Shown: positions 25,833 through 40,087, counted from the first letter of the stretch. The stretch: DNA of 64,000 nt from Hormiphora californensis (GCA_020137815.1 CM035352.1:2356001-2420000); one strand, 5' to 3'. Numbers and translations: made by a program. Notes: generated by a model not told the origin, from the sequence alone.

Positions 25833-28800
25833 TCACGTTTCGGTGAAATATTCATTGACAACTGCAGTCCGATTTCCCACCACCACACCATCACTGTTGC
25901 TTGAGTAGGAGACCCTCTTGGGTTGGTAATGTTCTTTCACACATTCCTGGTCCTCCTCCACGGCCATGTTGTTGGGTTCGGTGCCGGTTGGTATTTGTGA
26001 GGGTAGGCGGTAGAGGAGTCCAGCGAATAGGAGAGTCGCTATGTGGACTAGAATGCAGAATGTAAGGTAGAAGCCGTCACCTGCTCCCGCAACTGCAAAT
26101 AAGAATCGTTTTAAGTTTAAATACTGTAAAGTTGATTTTGTGAAGGAGTAGATATAGACATGTGATCATATGGTTTTATAAAGGAGCAAGAGTTACCTTT
26201 GTCCGTCATGAGGTATGTGGTTGCGAATGGTCCAATGGTGACACCCACGCAGCTACCGAGAGGTACCATGGTGAGAACTCGACGACTCGGTTTCAGAGAT
26301 TTAAAGGCTGCCAACAGAGAGGGCAACAGGTTGCTGATACCAAATCCTGGGAGAAATTGAAAGAATGGGGTAATTATCCGATCATTGGACCGGGCCGCAA
26401 AACAAGTATGTAGCTGGCAGTATAGGCCCAGTGACCGGTATAGTATAGTAAACAAGAAGGGGGGCGCGAAAGGCAGTCTAGCTTGGCAAACAAGATCATG
26501 TGTAAGACTTACACATGATCTTACACTGTAAGTATCACAGCTGAGTTATGTTTCTAGGCCGGTAACTTTAAAACTTATCAACTTCCCTTCAGGGGACGAA
26601 TATATTCATTTTGTGAGTTATTCAGTGATGAAACGACACCGAAAATAACATGAAATTCCGTGACCACTTCCCGGTAAAATACTTACACACGGTTACACAA
26701 AGAGACACCAAATTATCACATAACATTCGATAATCACACCGTGTCCGGTGTTTTTTATGCGTTTCTCAGAAACTGTTTTCGTCGCGGGTTCCCAGAAACT
26801 TTCTTGGAACCCGCCCCGGAAACAAAAAGATGATAAACTCCTTCCTTGCCTTGTTCGAACAAAACAACTCCTTCCATGAGTCCTGGGAAACCCAAAAGGG
26901 CCTAAATCGCTATGAAGTGGAGATAGTGAGTGAAGGTACCTGAGAAGACAGCAAAGATCCAAGCTGCAGGAGCAAGGGAATCCCGACCAATTAGAATCGT
27001 TATCAGGGCCAAGGATAGACAAACATGATTTACCACCATCAGTCTCGTCTGATTGAAGAGGGAGGGGGTTAGTTTTATCTGGGTGGAGAGAGCCGCTCCT
27101 GCAATTTGGGATTTAGTCTCCTAGATTAGTTTTAACATCTATGGGTATGCGGGGTTTTTAAATAATAGAGAACAATTGAGATAGGAGGCGTTGGTGTTAA
27201 ACAACTTTCCCACGTAGGTAAAATATAAATCCCCAGCATATAATAGAGTCGTAAAGATGTCCCATCAGAAGGTGTAACACGTCTCCCTTTTCTATAACCC
27301 GCCGGCCCTGGGAAATACTACTTCTTATCTAGCTCCGCGGCTATAGCAATTCAACCCCCACCCCCACTACAAAAACCTCGGCCCATCGATATTACGTTTC
27401 TAGAGATAGGTTAATCATGAATGCGATCTGATCTGGAGATAAGGACATACCGGTATCCCAGGTTCCTAAGACAAACAAAAAACAAACAAAAAGAAATTCA
27501 TACCGGTAGAGCAAAGTTGGGTTTGTAAGTTGCTAGTAGTCCAGTGACGCCCCTCATGGCCAGAGCAGCCAGTCCAAACACGGCCGTCACCAGACCTCCC
27601 TCCTTCACGGTCATACACAATCGGGACTGCAGGATAATTAACAGGGTAATTACAAGTGGGTATAAAATTCAGAGAGGTTACACCGCGGTGACAGGTGACG
27701 GAATAATGAGAAAATTGATAACACCTGTTTTATTTATAAATTATTCTGACTCAATTATCCCCGCCATGCTGATAAAATTACCTTGACAGCGAATGAGAAG
27801 AGAAACCTCATGCAGATCCCCTCGAGATACATGTAGAAGCATCCCAGAAGGGTTGCCAGGGTTACCATCACTGGGGCAATCTTTCTTACCTCGTTACCTA
27901 GTGTTATAGTATAGTGTTATAGTATAGTATTATAGTACAGTCGGACCCCGATTTAGTGGCATCCTCGAGGGAAAAAAATCCTACTACTAAATCGGGGTGC
28001 CACTAAATCGGGGTCCGACTGTATAGTATATGTATAGTGGGAATAGTACAGAGTTGACATATCCCTGTTGGACCCCGATTTTCAGGGCACCTCAGATCAG
28101 GAAGCAATAGCCTGGCCGTGTGCTATAATAATCTCATTAGTATACTTGGTGACGCAGTAGAGGTGACGGCGCCACCAATTAGTATACCTGTATCTTCTAC
28201 CGTTGAGTTTCCTTTCAGACTCATGAACTGAGACCACAGTACAGCAACAACAAACACTCCCACAGCCATGGCACACAGTCCAGCACTGATCCAATACGGC
28301 GCCCTTAGATCCACATGTTGACTGACGGACTCTCCTGGTCCAACAAGGGTGACGTTCATGGAACAGCTTTGGAGGCGTTGTTGAGCTGAGGCCGCCTCAC
28401 TTAGGAAGGGAGTGGAGAGGATAGGGGAGATGAGACCGGCAGCTGAAGTCGTGAAAAACATCGCCTGGAGATGTGTGATCGTTTTAGTACATAAAATACA
28501 CAATTCAACTAAGAGTTCCAAACTCATCTTATCAACCCAATGATATAGGCTCAGAATCAGTATTTTTCTAACCGAAAAGGAAAAACTTTACATGCGTAGC
28601 AGGCAAGCCCCGAACATGAGGGGCGCGACGTGCCCAAGGGAAAACTGCCTCTTTATACTGTACCTGAAGCCACGCGTGGGCAGTTTTCCTCTGAACCACC
28701 ACTAGCAGGATCTGACTGAGGTTCAGGCCGACACCCATACCAAGCCCTTGGAATATGAATAGGATCACCAGATGCAGCTGGCTACTGCAGAGTGGTATTA

Positions 28801-30325
28801 GTACCTGGGGGAGAGAGAGAGAGAGAGAGAGAGAGATACAAGATAACATTAACGGGAGAGATTATTGATATCCACCTCGGTCCTTGGACTGTTCATGATA
28901 CAGCTGCCATAGATTGTAAAATACAGATCTGTCTATGATATTGTTCACCCATTGATTGTTCACAAGGGGGTGGTATCCACACAGACAAACTGCACACAGC
29001 TGCAGCAGTCTATTCTTTACCTGTCCACCGAGAACAAGAAGATGGGATGATAGTTGTACAAACAGCAGTACTCGCACCGACTTGGCCACCAGTGCACTTG
29101 CTACAATGTTTCCTAGAACAGTGGAGAATCCTCTTACCATCATTATCAGACCCATTCTCTCCCACTGGACACCCGTCTGTAGGAGGGAGGGGGTGTTATG
29201 AGACCCATTCTCTCCCACTGAACACCCGTCTGTAGGAGGGAGGGGGTGTTATGAGACCCATTCTCTCCCACTGGACACCCGTCTGCAGGAGGGGGTGAAG
29301 AAGAAGTACAGGGGGATGAAACAGTTTTGAGCCATGAACAACGAATATCGTTGGAGTTGTGCCATGATTTGAGGTCATGTGAAATGCTAGAAATACTAGT
29401 AGCAGTCACATGTTAGTACCAGTCACATGTTAGTACCAGTCACATGTTAGTACCAGTCACATGTTAGTACCAGTCACATGTTAGTACCAGTCACATGTTA
29501 GTACCAGTCACATGTTAGTACCAGCTTCACATGAGCTTTCAAATGTGTTTTAACCAAGCTCATGTGACACTGATATATAATAGGTACCATGGTGTTGTGC
29601 GGGTAATGTCCCACTCCTGTTATCAAGGGGCGTGGCTCAATGTCTGACCGGGGAAATGTGTAATATGACTCATGATAACTTGCCAAATCGGACATACACA
29701 GGAGAGCCGCGATAATAGTTGGCAATTTGCCTGGCAAGGGGCATAAATCGGTGACGTTATATTACTGAAAATCAATGAAATTTTCTCTTATCTTGATCGA
29801 GATCAAAGGATTCTATTGAAATTCGCTCAGACATTAATCATTATTGTAAACTAAACCAGTTCAGGACCGGCTTGGTCCAATGACCGCTGTATCTAATAAG
29901 ATAAAAGATGTCTGGTGCCGCCTTGGGTACGTAGCGCAAGTCACGCCGCCTCCGACGTCGACTCCGACGTCGGTGGCAGCTTCACTGCCAAGGTGCCGCC
30001 AGACCCCGTTTTAGTTCTCAGTGCGCTCAGATCGGGTTGGCGCCGCCAGAAAGGTAACAATCTCGATTCTCGTCTTGAATTGGTTTGGTTTGATCTTGAT
30101 ATTGATAATGGTGCTATCAAGTTTAACCTAAAGCCTCAAACTTCGCAACTTGTAAAATTTGATTATTGGATATTATTTTAGAATTAAAATGGCAAAAAAT
30201 TAACTATTTACCAAGGCTATAAGGTCGAGTAGAGTAGGGCCAATGAGGGCAGCTGACAGGTTCACATTGAAGTTAATGAAGATGTTCCCCACTGCTATCA
30301 ACGAACGTAGCAGATTAGCTGTCAT
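25833..30325 (-). CDS. MFS transporter, MFSD4-like (copy 2), tandem paralog
   Basis: MTANLLRS...AALIGPTLLDL; exons TGVQWERMG..., VLIPLCSSQ...AHAWLQ, AMFFTTS...DLRAPYW, GFGISNLLPSL and VAGAGDGFY...EYFTET*. Same exon structure as copy 1. Confidence 0.85.
27938..28021. mobile_element. Tc1/mariner (pogo-like) MITE family B
   Basis: TA|CAGTCGGACCCCGATTTAGTGG ... CCACTAAATCGGGGTCCGACTG|TA; same TIR as 41366-41537. Confidence 0.88.
29403..29524. repeat. 17-bp tandem repeat (CAGTCACATGTTAGTAC), about 7 copies
   Basis: Directly visible. Confidence 0.95.
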
Positions 30326-31112
30326 GTTTCTGGGAATACCTGAATACCCGGAAAATCTGTCAGAGCATTGGCCTGACCCTATTCTCATTTCTTTCAGCGC
30401 GCGAGAACTGTGGTCAGAGCGCGCGAGAACTGTGGTCAGAGCATTGGCCTGACAGCGGAAAATAGTGTTGAAATGTATATGCAACAATAGTAATACTAGC
30501 CACTAGCTGATATTATATAATCTTGTAAACTTAGGACAAAACAAATGAAACCAGTTGCTCAAAAACCGGCTGCTATGAGAGTTTTAACACCAAGATCACA
30601 GCTAGCCGTTTGGATAAAAGTGAAAAGATGTGTCTATTAACTGTGTCTAGTTGTATCTAATTCTATACATAGCTGTGTCTACTTTTGGCGGCTGTAAAAC
30701 AATTAATAATAAGGATACTTCAAAATCAAATTTAATAGGCGGATGCTGGGAACTAGACGAAACCCCCCAGAAATTAGAGATTCGTTAGTATAATGCTGCG
30801 TTTTGGGGCGTTGGCTGCAAAGTAGTATATTCCAGGGTACTGGTAGATAAAAACAGAGATTTAATGCAAGCAGGAGGTGGGAAAAGCAATTCACTAACAC
30901 ACTGATGTGTGGCCTCCCTCAAATAAGAGATAGATAAAGATGGCTCCCTCAAAAAGAGATAGGCCGGCGCTGGTGAAAGCAAGCCCAGCTCTATAGAAAA
31001 CATGGCCGGGGGAAGAGACGAGGGAGGAGGAGATAAGAGCTAGCTGGCTCTATGCCTCGTGACTCATGGTCTGGGGGGGGGGGGGGGGCTCAGGGACCGC
31101 CGCCGCTACTGC

Positions 31113-31175
<63 letters not shown>

Positions 31176-31443
31176 AGAGCAAGAGAGAGAGGGAAGAGAG
31201 AGAGAGAAGAGAGAGAGAGAGAAGAGAGAGAGAGAGGAGAGAGAGAGATAAGAGAGAGAGAAAGGAGATACCGACGAGAGAGAGAGGTCGAGATTAGAGC
31301 GAGTGCTTGTACTCTCGATAGAGAGAGAGAGAGAGAGAAAACAGAGCACACAGAAGATCTGGACTGGAAGAAATGACCTAACTTAGAGATAGGATACAAG
31401 TATTACTAAACTATTAGAGAAGCCAGCGATCAGATGTTAGACA

Positions 31444-31670
31444 AAGCGGAACCCGGTGCTATATTTGCCCAACCCCAGCCCGGTGTTCCTTATTCTAGGA
31501 GAATGATCACTATAGTAAAGTCAAGGCAGTTGTTGTCCAAACCCTTTTCACCGTGGCGCAGTGAAAAGGGTTTGGACAACAATTGCCTTGACTTTACTAT
31601 AGTGATCATTCTCGTAGAATAAGGGACACCGGGCTGGGGTTGGGTGCAAATATAGCACCGGGTTCCACTT
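31444..31670. mobile_element. About 225-bp hairpin/foldback MITE
   Basis: GGAACCCGGTGCTATATTTGC... pairs with ...GCAAATATAGCACCGGGTTCC; loop near 31552-31560. Confidence 0.8.
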
Positions 31671-33890
31671 ATAGGCAGCTGTGTTGACTATGGGTGTACG
31701 TCGTACGACGTACGTAGCTTCCGTGGCAATCCCAATAATATCGGATCTGAAGATAACTGTACTCGAACGAAAGAAAGGACGCTAGACAGTAGACAATAAC
31801 TAGCCAGAGAACCAGCTACAAAGTAAAAAAGGTGAGAGAGAGGTTTGAATTGGCTGACATCAGATTTAACGATCTTCAACATGGACAATAACGGGCCTCT
31901 CTCTATCTTGTACACATGTGTTGTGGGAGAGCTAGGCCAAAAAAAGATCAGACCTCGAGAGCTGGGGGATGAGCAATTATCAAGACATGGAGAGAGTGAG
32001 ACTCTAGATGGAGAGAGAGAGACTCTCTACATAGGGAGAAGAGCTAGAGCATAAGACTCTATTAAGAGGAGCTGTTAGCAGCTCCATGACACATGTTGTG
32101 AACAATACAATGACACATGTACCTGAGAAACAGTTACACGTGGAACTGGAAGCTGCACAACAGGAAAACCCATGTTTTTCCTGTTGCAACATCCATTGTC
32201 ATGCTAAAAGCATTTCGTCAGAGATCAAATGAAGGAGAGAAGAAGAGAGAAGGAAAGCGAGATATATGGAGAGAGATAGAGAAGGAGAGAGATTATTGGC
32301 ATCAGAAACAATGAATGTTTGTGTAGTACATTGTCTCCAAATAATCCATCACATGTACGACTTTTCCTGGTTCTCATCCCACATGCAGTCGTTCTCTCTC
32401 TCTCTCTCTCTCTCTCTCACATGATTCTCATGCCAGGACTCTTGCCAAAACAACAACCATCCGAAGAAGAAACATAAAAGAAAAACAGCATGATACATAA
32501 ATCATGGTCATGCCGGTCATGGTCTATTTTAATATCTTTATGTTGTGTAGGTTCCACAAAAAGTGACATTGTTTGAGAAACCTTGATGACTAAACTCTAG
32601 CTAGCTAGGTGTGAGATGGACCATCGACTAAATATCAGTCAAGGTGAGTCTAACACAATGCATTGTTTTAGAATTAGCAGTCCCTGTCTGATCATCAGTT
32701 TAATATGGATCCAGAATGTTCTAAAGCTGCTCTATAGATATTTTGTTTCTGTTGTATGTATAATGATATGATCTCAGCAGTAGAGTAGTCCAGAGTGATA
32801 ACGCCAAAAGTTTCAATGAAACGAAGAGATATATTTTCAATGAAAAATAGGAAACATTTCCCCGGCCCCCGTACTCAAGCATGAGTTTTACACGTCATCT
32901 CAATCTCGTTCCTGCATGTTTTGCTGTTTCAGGCCACGGATATAATCATAATAATCGAGAATTATATATCCTTCTGCTTACAAAATTACTTGGAATGAGA
33001 AATAGCCAGTGAACAGAGATCTGTTAATATAAGACGAGCTGAGAGAAGGAAATGCATACTAAAAGGGGCATTATATAAAGAGTACAGTCAGGGTACCTTT
33101 AGCTTTTTTAGGGCTGGACCCCCCAGCATTAAATAAAGAGTGCAAACAGGGCAATAGGGCATGGTAGGTGTTAAATTGAATAATGCTAAATGCAATAAAA
33201 CAAGTTACTAAACCTCATATATTCTCCAGCTCTCAGAAGATCTCGAAATAGATCAGGGCCAAGATGAAATTACAAGCGTGAACCGGCGTGAACACCTTTA
33301 TTGTTATGAGGGAATGGGACCTTTTGTAATGGGAAAAACGGGGGCCATCACCCTCCTTCTTCTCCCTCGAATATATTATTTAATATGATTTATGTCTCAT
33401 ATAGCAGGAAGAATTATGGGCTATGGGCCATATAATTGTTCAGCCACCCCGGATATCCGAGTTATCCTTACACTACAAAGTTATCTAGGGGTTACCCCGG
33501 GATACACCCTAGCTTTACTCCCATTACTACGGAAGGACCTATTTCGCCCTCGTCGAGGTTCGACCTACCCTTCTCTCACTTCCATTCTCTCAATCCCTGT
33601 CTTAACTCTGTGGGTGGTCAGCGATTATGTGAATATTAAATATTATAGCCGTAGATTGGATAGAACCAGGGATTTTGGTGGTGCAAAACGATATTTAGCA
33701 CAGACATAAAATTAGGGTCATCGTCCACGTGACATGAGTACAATTTGGGCCAGCGATCAATTTGATCATCACACGGGCAGTTCGTGTCACGGAGAGTAAC
33801 AAATTGAGAATCATTCCTAGGACTCTCACTGGAAGTCTCTCTTCCTAGTAGTCCCTGACATTTTATCTCTGACTCTCTGATATAGTTTAT

Positions 33891-35693
33891 CTAACTGTCT
33901 CTTATAGCCCTCGTCTGAGCGGTGACAACATCCCAGTTAGGTTGTGAACGAATCCTGTCCAGCCAGGATAGTAATCTAGGCCACGAAGTTAGGTCGAGAG
34001 TACGGGCGTTCTCCAGCACTAAGAGCCAGGACACTATCACAAAACCACGCTTCCCGACCGAGCAAGAAATCACGAGTCTCAAAAATCTGAAACATATATG
34101 ACATTGTTTTATAGAGTTACTTCAACTTGCGTCCATTTTTATTTCTATGTTAGGCAAAAATCGATAAAGTAAAAAAACTGATATGCAAATTCGTACAAAA
34201 GAACGGGGAATTTTACCAAATTTGGGGTTGAGTCAAGGTACATACAATAACAGCAGCTGTCTCAGTCAGACAGAGCTGAGTGACTGCACAGTGTGCAGCG
34301 CCTTTGACATTTCATTTTAAGTTTCTCTGCTACATAGAGAAATACAAAATGAATCCCAATCTGGTGACTTTACCTTATCAAGCATATCAAAATATAGTGA
34401 GACACTGTCGAGAGAGTTCCGAACCAGATCACTCTGTACCATTTCTTCTGGTCTCTTTTGCAGCTCACCTTCACTCATGTGGTACAAATCCCTGGAAGAG
34501 TGGGTCATTAGTGAGGTCATTACTGAGGTATGTGGTACAGAAATAGAGGTGGAACAGGTAGGAACAGGTACTACCACCCACCCAGTCAATGACAGGGACA
34601 TTCATGTGGTATAATTGTGGTTGGGTGGTAGTCCAAGTTCTTAGATTAAGATAACGTCTCGCACCGTGTCTGGCACGAGAAAGACAATAATTTTAGTATG
34701 ATATAATTCAGTACTGGCTTACCATTATTTTTAAAGGACTGATAAAAAACGTGAAATTTCAGGCAAGTGGCCAATAAGCGGAGCGAAACCGCATTAAATA
34801 TATATTACCCCTACGGCCCCTTATCGCCCCTAGCACGCCTTGACCCCGTTCTTGTTGAAACCAACTCAACAAACTAAATTACAAATAACAGCTAACTAAT
34901 ACCTGTGCAGGACTGATATGGCCCAATGAATCCAGCTGAATGATTGGCTAACATGGCCATTGTTAACACCCATCAACAGATTGTTAGTGTAGTTAACACA
35001 AAGGTATCGGATAATGGCACTCCTGAAGGGTAGTGAGCGATAAATAGGGGGACACTTCTAAATGGGAGGATAAGTTAAAAAGCAACAGGGTCTATAATAT
35101 TATTTGAGGAATATAGTTCTTACGGCTGTCCGATGGTAGATTTTCCGTCCGTAAAAAGGCAATCTTTACAGAACGATGGTACTCTGCCTACCACTGTTTC
35201 ACTTTCTTTTGATTTTATCGATACTTTAGTGAAGGGTAAGCTGACTCTGTAGGATAGAGAGGTTATCAGTATTATATGGGATCAAAACAATGTAAAGTCA
35301 AATGAATGAAGGATAAAAAAATGAGGAAGAAAACAAAAGGGAGGACCAAAAGATAAAACTGGGAAGATCCCAAGTCTTTCCTACCTCTAACAAGTATAAC
35401 CAAACAATTTTGGCAAGCACATTATCTTCATCCATGAACACTTTAAATGGCTCCACGGGTCTGTTAATCAGTTGTTTTCCTGGACTGTAAAACGGACATC
35501 CCTGGACTGCCTTCTGTTGGGGCTCGCTCCCCGAACACCGCTCTATACCCTTCACATTAATTGAAGCAGCAGCTGGTGGTTTTACTGCTGGTGAGGTCTT
35601 GTTTTTGCAACTCTTGGGTCGACTTTTCGAAGTTGCTGTCGTCGGTGGAGTGGGAGGGGTAGTCTTGGTCTTGGTCTTCGTTTTGGTAGTCTG
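33891..35693 (-). pseudogene. Glutathione S-transferase-fold gene with a Lys/Thr/Pro-rich N-terminal extension; apparent frameshifts; further 5' exons possibly at about 37380-37427 and 38123-38202
   Basis: Spliced segments FKVFMDEDNVLAKIVWLYLLE, VGRVPSF...DGKSTIGQP|SAIIRYL and FLLGREAWFCDSVLA..DLTSWPRLLSWLDRIRSQP resemble GST N- and C-domain motifs. One-base shifts are needed near 35238 and 34021, and probably one more in the 34375-34610 exon. Confidence 0.6.
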
Positions 35694-36109
35694 GGGAGGG
35701 GGAGACGTGTTAGACAAGATAAGAATATTGACTGAGAATGAGAAGTTTGTCTAAATGAAGTCTATGGAAGAGTTAACGATTTCTTAGAAAAAAGAATGGG
35801 ACACCATGAATGGAAGTCTCTTTTTACCTAGAAAGTGGAATAATAAATGAATTTTTTTTGGAAAGTTGGAAAATTTAAGTTCTTCCATGACCATGGAAGA
35901 AGCATGGGCAATGGGCATGCAACTCTGATAATATAATTGTCAAAAAAGCTGTAGCCCTTCCCATGTCTAAATTAGACTCTAATCTCTCACAGCTAACTCT
36001 ACCCCGTTACAACTCCCACATTGTCCTACTTCTTATCGATTTTGTTTGATTATCTGAGCTCCTGACCTGCACCGTTTGTAACGGTGATTTTTGTACACAC
36101 TCTGCTTTG

Positions 36110-37075
36110 ATGGAGAAGCACAGCAATGCTTTCACACAGTGGTGTGAGAGTAATGGACTGACAGATGAAGCATGTCCCTCAGCGAGTGTGATGAAGGCAG
36201 TAGAGTGTCTGCTAAATGATGCTGCGTGCCAGAGCCACGGTAACAATTTTGATTCATCAAGAGTTACTGCAGCTAAACTCAACACGAAGAATAAGCCTGA
36301 GTTGATAAATATGATCCAGAATTATGCTTGGTTTTGTCACATGGTGGTCCTGCCATATGTTGTGGAAGTGGACGCTAAGTTGTTCAAAGATACGACACAA
36401 AAGCTGGAGGAAACAGAGAACAAGCTGGAAGAGGTCACAGGGAAGATCAACTCCATGCAAGAGACCGTTATTAAGTCTCAGGAAGCGTTGTTATCTTGTC
36501 AAGAGACGGTGATAACTCTCCAGGGCTCTCTCCTCTCTGAGAAGAGCAAGAAGATTGAAGAGACGATGTCTTCTGTCAAAGAAGAACTGAAGGGCTATGC
36601 AGCAGTTGTGAAGAAGAGCTGCACTGCCTCGCTTGCTCCTAGGAAGCTACAAGCAGCCATGGTGAAGGCGTCCAGTGTGGAGGACAGGTCCAGCAACCTG
36701 ATTTTCTACGGGTTGGAGGAGTCTGTTGGAGAGGAGAAGACTGAGGATGTTGTTCTGAATGTTTTGGAACACACAAACGAGAAGCCGAAACTGGTAAGCT
36801 GTAGGAGGCTTGGCGAGAAGAAGGAAGGGAAGAAGCGGCCTGTCAAGGTGGTACTTCACAACCGAGATATGGTACGCTCCATTCTGGCAAGGTCTGGGAT
36901 GCTGAGGGAAGTGGAGGGAATGGAAGATGTTTACATTTGTCCAGATAGGACTGTTGAAGAGAGAAGTGAGAGAAAGAGACTCGTTTCTAAGTTGAAGCAG
37001 CAGAGAGAGACTGAGCCACACGTTAAGTGGGGTATTGTGAGAGGTAGTGTGATTAGAAGAGATGAGAAAAAATGA
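36110..37075 (+). CDS. Intact solo LINE-ORF1-like protein (coiled coil plus RRM/Transposase_22-like), with no ORF2 following
   Basis: Heptad region followed by DRSSNLIFYGLEE, RRLG...RPVKVVL and VYICPDRTVEER, which is the typical CR1/L2/L1-type ORF1 C-terminal pattern. Confidence 0.75.
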   Translation: MEKHSNAFTQWCESNGLTDEACPSASVMKAVECLLNDAACQSHGNNFDSSRVTAAKLNTKNKPELINMIQNYAWFCHMVVLPYVVEVDAKLFKDTTQKLEETENKLEEVTGKINSMQETVIKSQEALLSCQETVITLQGSLLSEKSKKIEETMSSVKEELKGYAAVVKKSCTASLAPRKLQAAMVKASSVEDRSSNLIFYGLEESVGEEKTEDVVLNVLEHTNEKPKLVSCRRLGEKKEGKKRPVKVVLHNRDMVRSILARSGMLREVEGMEDVYICPDRTVEERSERKRLVSKLKQQRETEPHVKWGIVRGSVIRRDEKK

Positions 37076-37858
37076 GACAGACAATTCATATTAATTTCTA
37101 TACAATATTATTTGATTTAGAGTGTTTCCGCGGTGTAAGCGCTCATTCGGTGAGCCTGCCTCGTTCTTGTGGGTACATGATATTGTTTCAGTATTCATTT
37201 GAACGTTCAAAATCAAAATCATTACAGATCCTGAATATACTTTATCATGTCTACCCGTTGGGTTATTATCATAGTACCCAATATCAATCACAGTTCGGTC
37301 TTTTAAAAGATCAGCAGACACTCAAAACAAGACACTATCTACCTGAACACTATACGCTCTACGCTTGATTAGCGTCTCACCTGCGACGTGGATGGTGCGT
37401 TGTTGCGTTTAGTAGTTAGTTTGATCCCTGAAACAGGAACCTTGCTATCAGTCCGGCACACCTTCATTCTGAAACAATGTGGGGAAATTAGGGGCCAACA
37501 TATCAAATCAAGTGTCATAGAATTTTAGTTGTTTTACAGGGGGTCAAAGGTGGCTAGTATGTTATAGGCACAGATTCTATTAAAAACATGCTGGTGCAGT
37601 GTCAAATTGCAGATAAAAGATGAGAGATAAATGCATCTCACCCAAGCACACAATTACAGTTACTGCACTATCAGTACGCTTTTATGCCGCTCCGACCTTT
37701 CACAGCACTCAAAGAGATAGTGATGCTGTATTACTCAAACATATCCCTCTATATCTCTCTATCTGTCTCTCTCTCAAGTTATCTCTATCAGTGCTGCACA
37801 AGTACTCCGTATCAAATTCATTACCATACACTTTCACTTGCTCACAGAGAGCGGAGGA

Positions 37859-37959
<101 letters not shown>

Positions 37960-39142
37960 ATCTCGCTTGATGAGATGTGATATTTTGACGATGGCAATAC
38001 CTGCATAATATGCGACAAACGAAGACAATCGGAAGAAGGATATATCGTGATTACTGGGACACAGAGGGAGACACGAGAGACAAACAGAGGGATTGAGAGG
38101 GAAAGAGAGCCGTTATACTAACCTGGCGATCCCAGCTGTAGCCTGATAAGGTTGGTTATTGATTCCCCTGGTTGCCATGGTTACGTGTAAAGTCTCTGTC
38201 CCTGAATATAATGTACAACTTCTCTAGCTCGTGAGAAATGAAGTTGAGAGCAGCTGATCTTTAATACTGGGATTTGTGCGTGGTCTGCCGACTTGGGCTA
38301 AAACAGAGAGGTATTAGTAAAGCTCGTGTTAGTACAACTGAGTAGTAATATTAGAACGCAGTAACTATAATATTACAACTGAGGATGGCCGTTACTCAAC
38401 AAGAGGATGGGTGAAATTACAAACAGCTCATTAGTACTAGGACATTGTAAGTAGGCTTGCTATATAACAAGATGTTAGCCAAATAGAAAAAATAGATGGG
38501 GAACCCACCAAAGGTAAAAACGACCCTCCCACGATAAGTAAGTATCATCGAAAAAACGGTAAGTTTTGGGGGAAAGGGGCAACCCAAAAAAATCAAATTC
38601 ACCAAAAAAAGGGGGGGGAAAAAAAAAGAAGAGGGGAGAAGGGGGAGAAAGGGGGAGGGGAGAGAAGAAAAAGGGGGGGGAAAAAAAAAGGGGAGAGGGG
38701 GGGGAAGAAGGGGGAAAAAAAGAAAGAGGAAAACAGAGGAAGGGGAAAAGGGGAAATTTGGTGACTCATTTGGGGGTTTTAAAAAAAAAAGGGGGTGAGG
38801 GAAAAGGAGAGGGGAAGGGGGAAAAAAGGGAATTTGACGCCATTTGAAAGATACAAAACAGAGAAGAAAGAAGTCCCGGTTTTTTGGAAAAAAGGGGAAA
38901 AAAAAAAGGGGGGGGGGGAAAAAAGGGGGGGAAAAAAAAAGGGGGGGGGGGAAAGGGAAAAAAGGAAAGGGAAGGGAAAGGGGGGAAGGGGAAAAGGGGC
39001 AAAAGGGAAAAAAAAATTTTTTGAAAGGGTAAAATTTAAAAATTTTTTACAAAAAAACCCCACCCACACCCCCAAAACCCTTTTCTAAAAGGGGGAACCC
39101 CCCCCCCCCAAAAAAAAAAGTTGAAATTTTTAAATTGGGGGG

Positions 39143-39175
<33 letters not shown>

Positions 39176-39658
39176 AATGACGAGATGAAAGAAGGAGAGG
39201 GGGGCATGAAGAGTACGGCATGAAGGAAGATGAAGTTTGACGGTGAAGCGAGGTACACGAGCAGTAAATCGATCAGATCATTGAAAGGGTGCACAAAGTA
39301 TACGAGAGCGGTGAAGTGCAAGAGAGAGAGGGGAGAAGAAGAGAGAGATAGAGAGAGAGGAGAGAGATAGAGAGGAGAGAGAGGAGATATGGAGAAGAGA
39401 AGGATAGCAAGAGGAGAAGAAGTCACCGGATTCTCCTCTGATGGAGCGTTACTCACACGTTAGTAAGTGGGGGATAGAAAGAGAGGAAGAAATAGAGGTA
39501 GGAGACTGCGAGAGGGATAGAGAGGAAGATGGGTGATATTATTGGATCGCCATTAGCAAATGATAGCAAGCTATTGCAGGAGAATAGAAGTGCACCGGAT
39601 TCTCCTTGACTGGAGTACCACGTGTAGGAGAGAGGGAGGGGAAAGAAATAGAAAGAGA

Positions 39659-39743
<85 letters not shown>

Positions 39744-40052
39744 ATATTATTTATGAAGAGGTACTTAGATAACATTTGATACAGAAACAACGCTCACACA
39801 CAACACACAACACCAGTGAAACAATAGACCGAAGTCCGAACATCACTGCATCCGGCCACACAAAAGCCAAAAACTCAAAAGTTGCACTGGTGATTGAATG
39901 ATGGAAGGGGTATTTTATGGGACCAGGGACATTATAACAGCAAAGTTTGGTTTAGATAAGAATCTGGACAATTTTACAACATCTTTAACTCGATCATATG
40001 TACAAAACAGAGCCCACAGTCCACACGGTCTATTATGCTTGAATTTTGTTAG

Positions 40053-40082
<30 letters not shown>

Positions 40083-40087
<5 letters not shown>

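Noticed and set aside
30700-33800. Short ORFs and possible exons
   Set aside because: Could not assemble a phase-consistent gene or find motifs.
38500-39150. Purine-run region with Lys/Gly- and Phe/Pro-rich ORFs
   Set aside because: Same artefact signature; no splice or codon structure.
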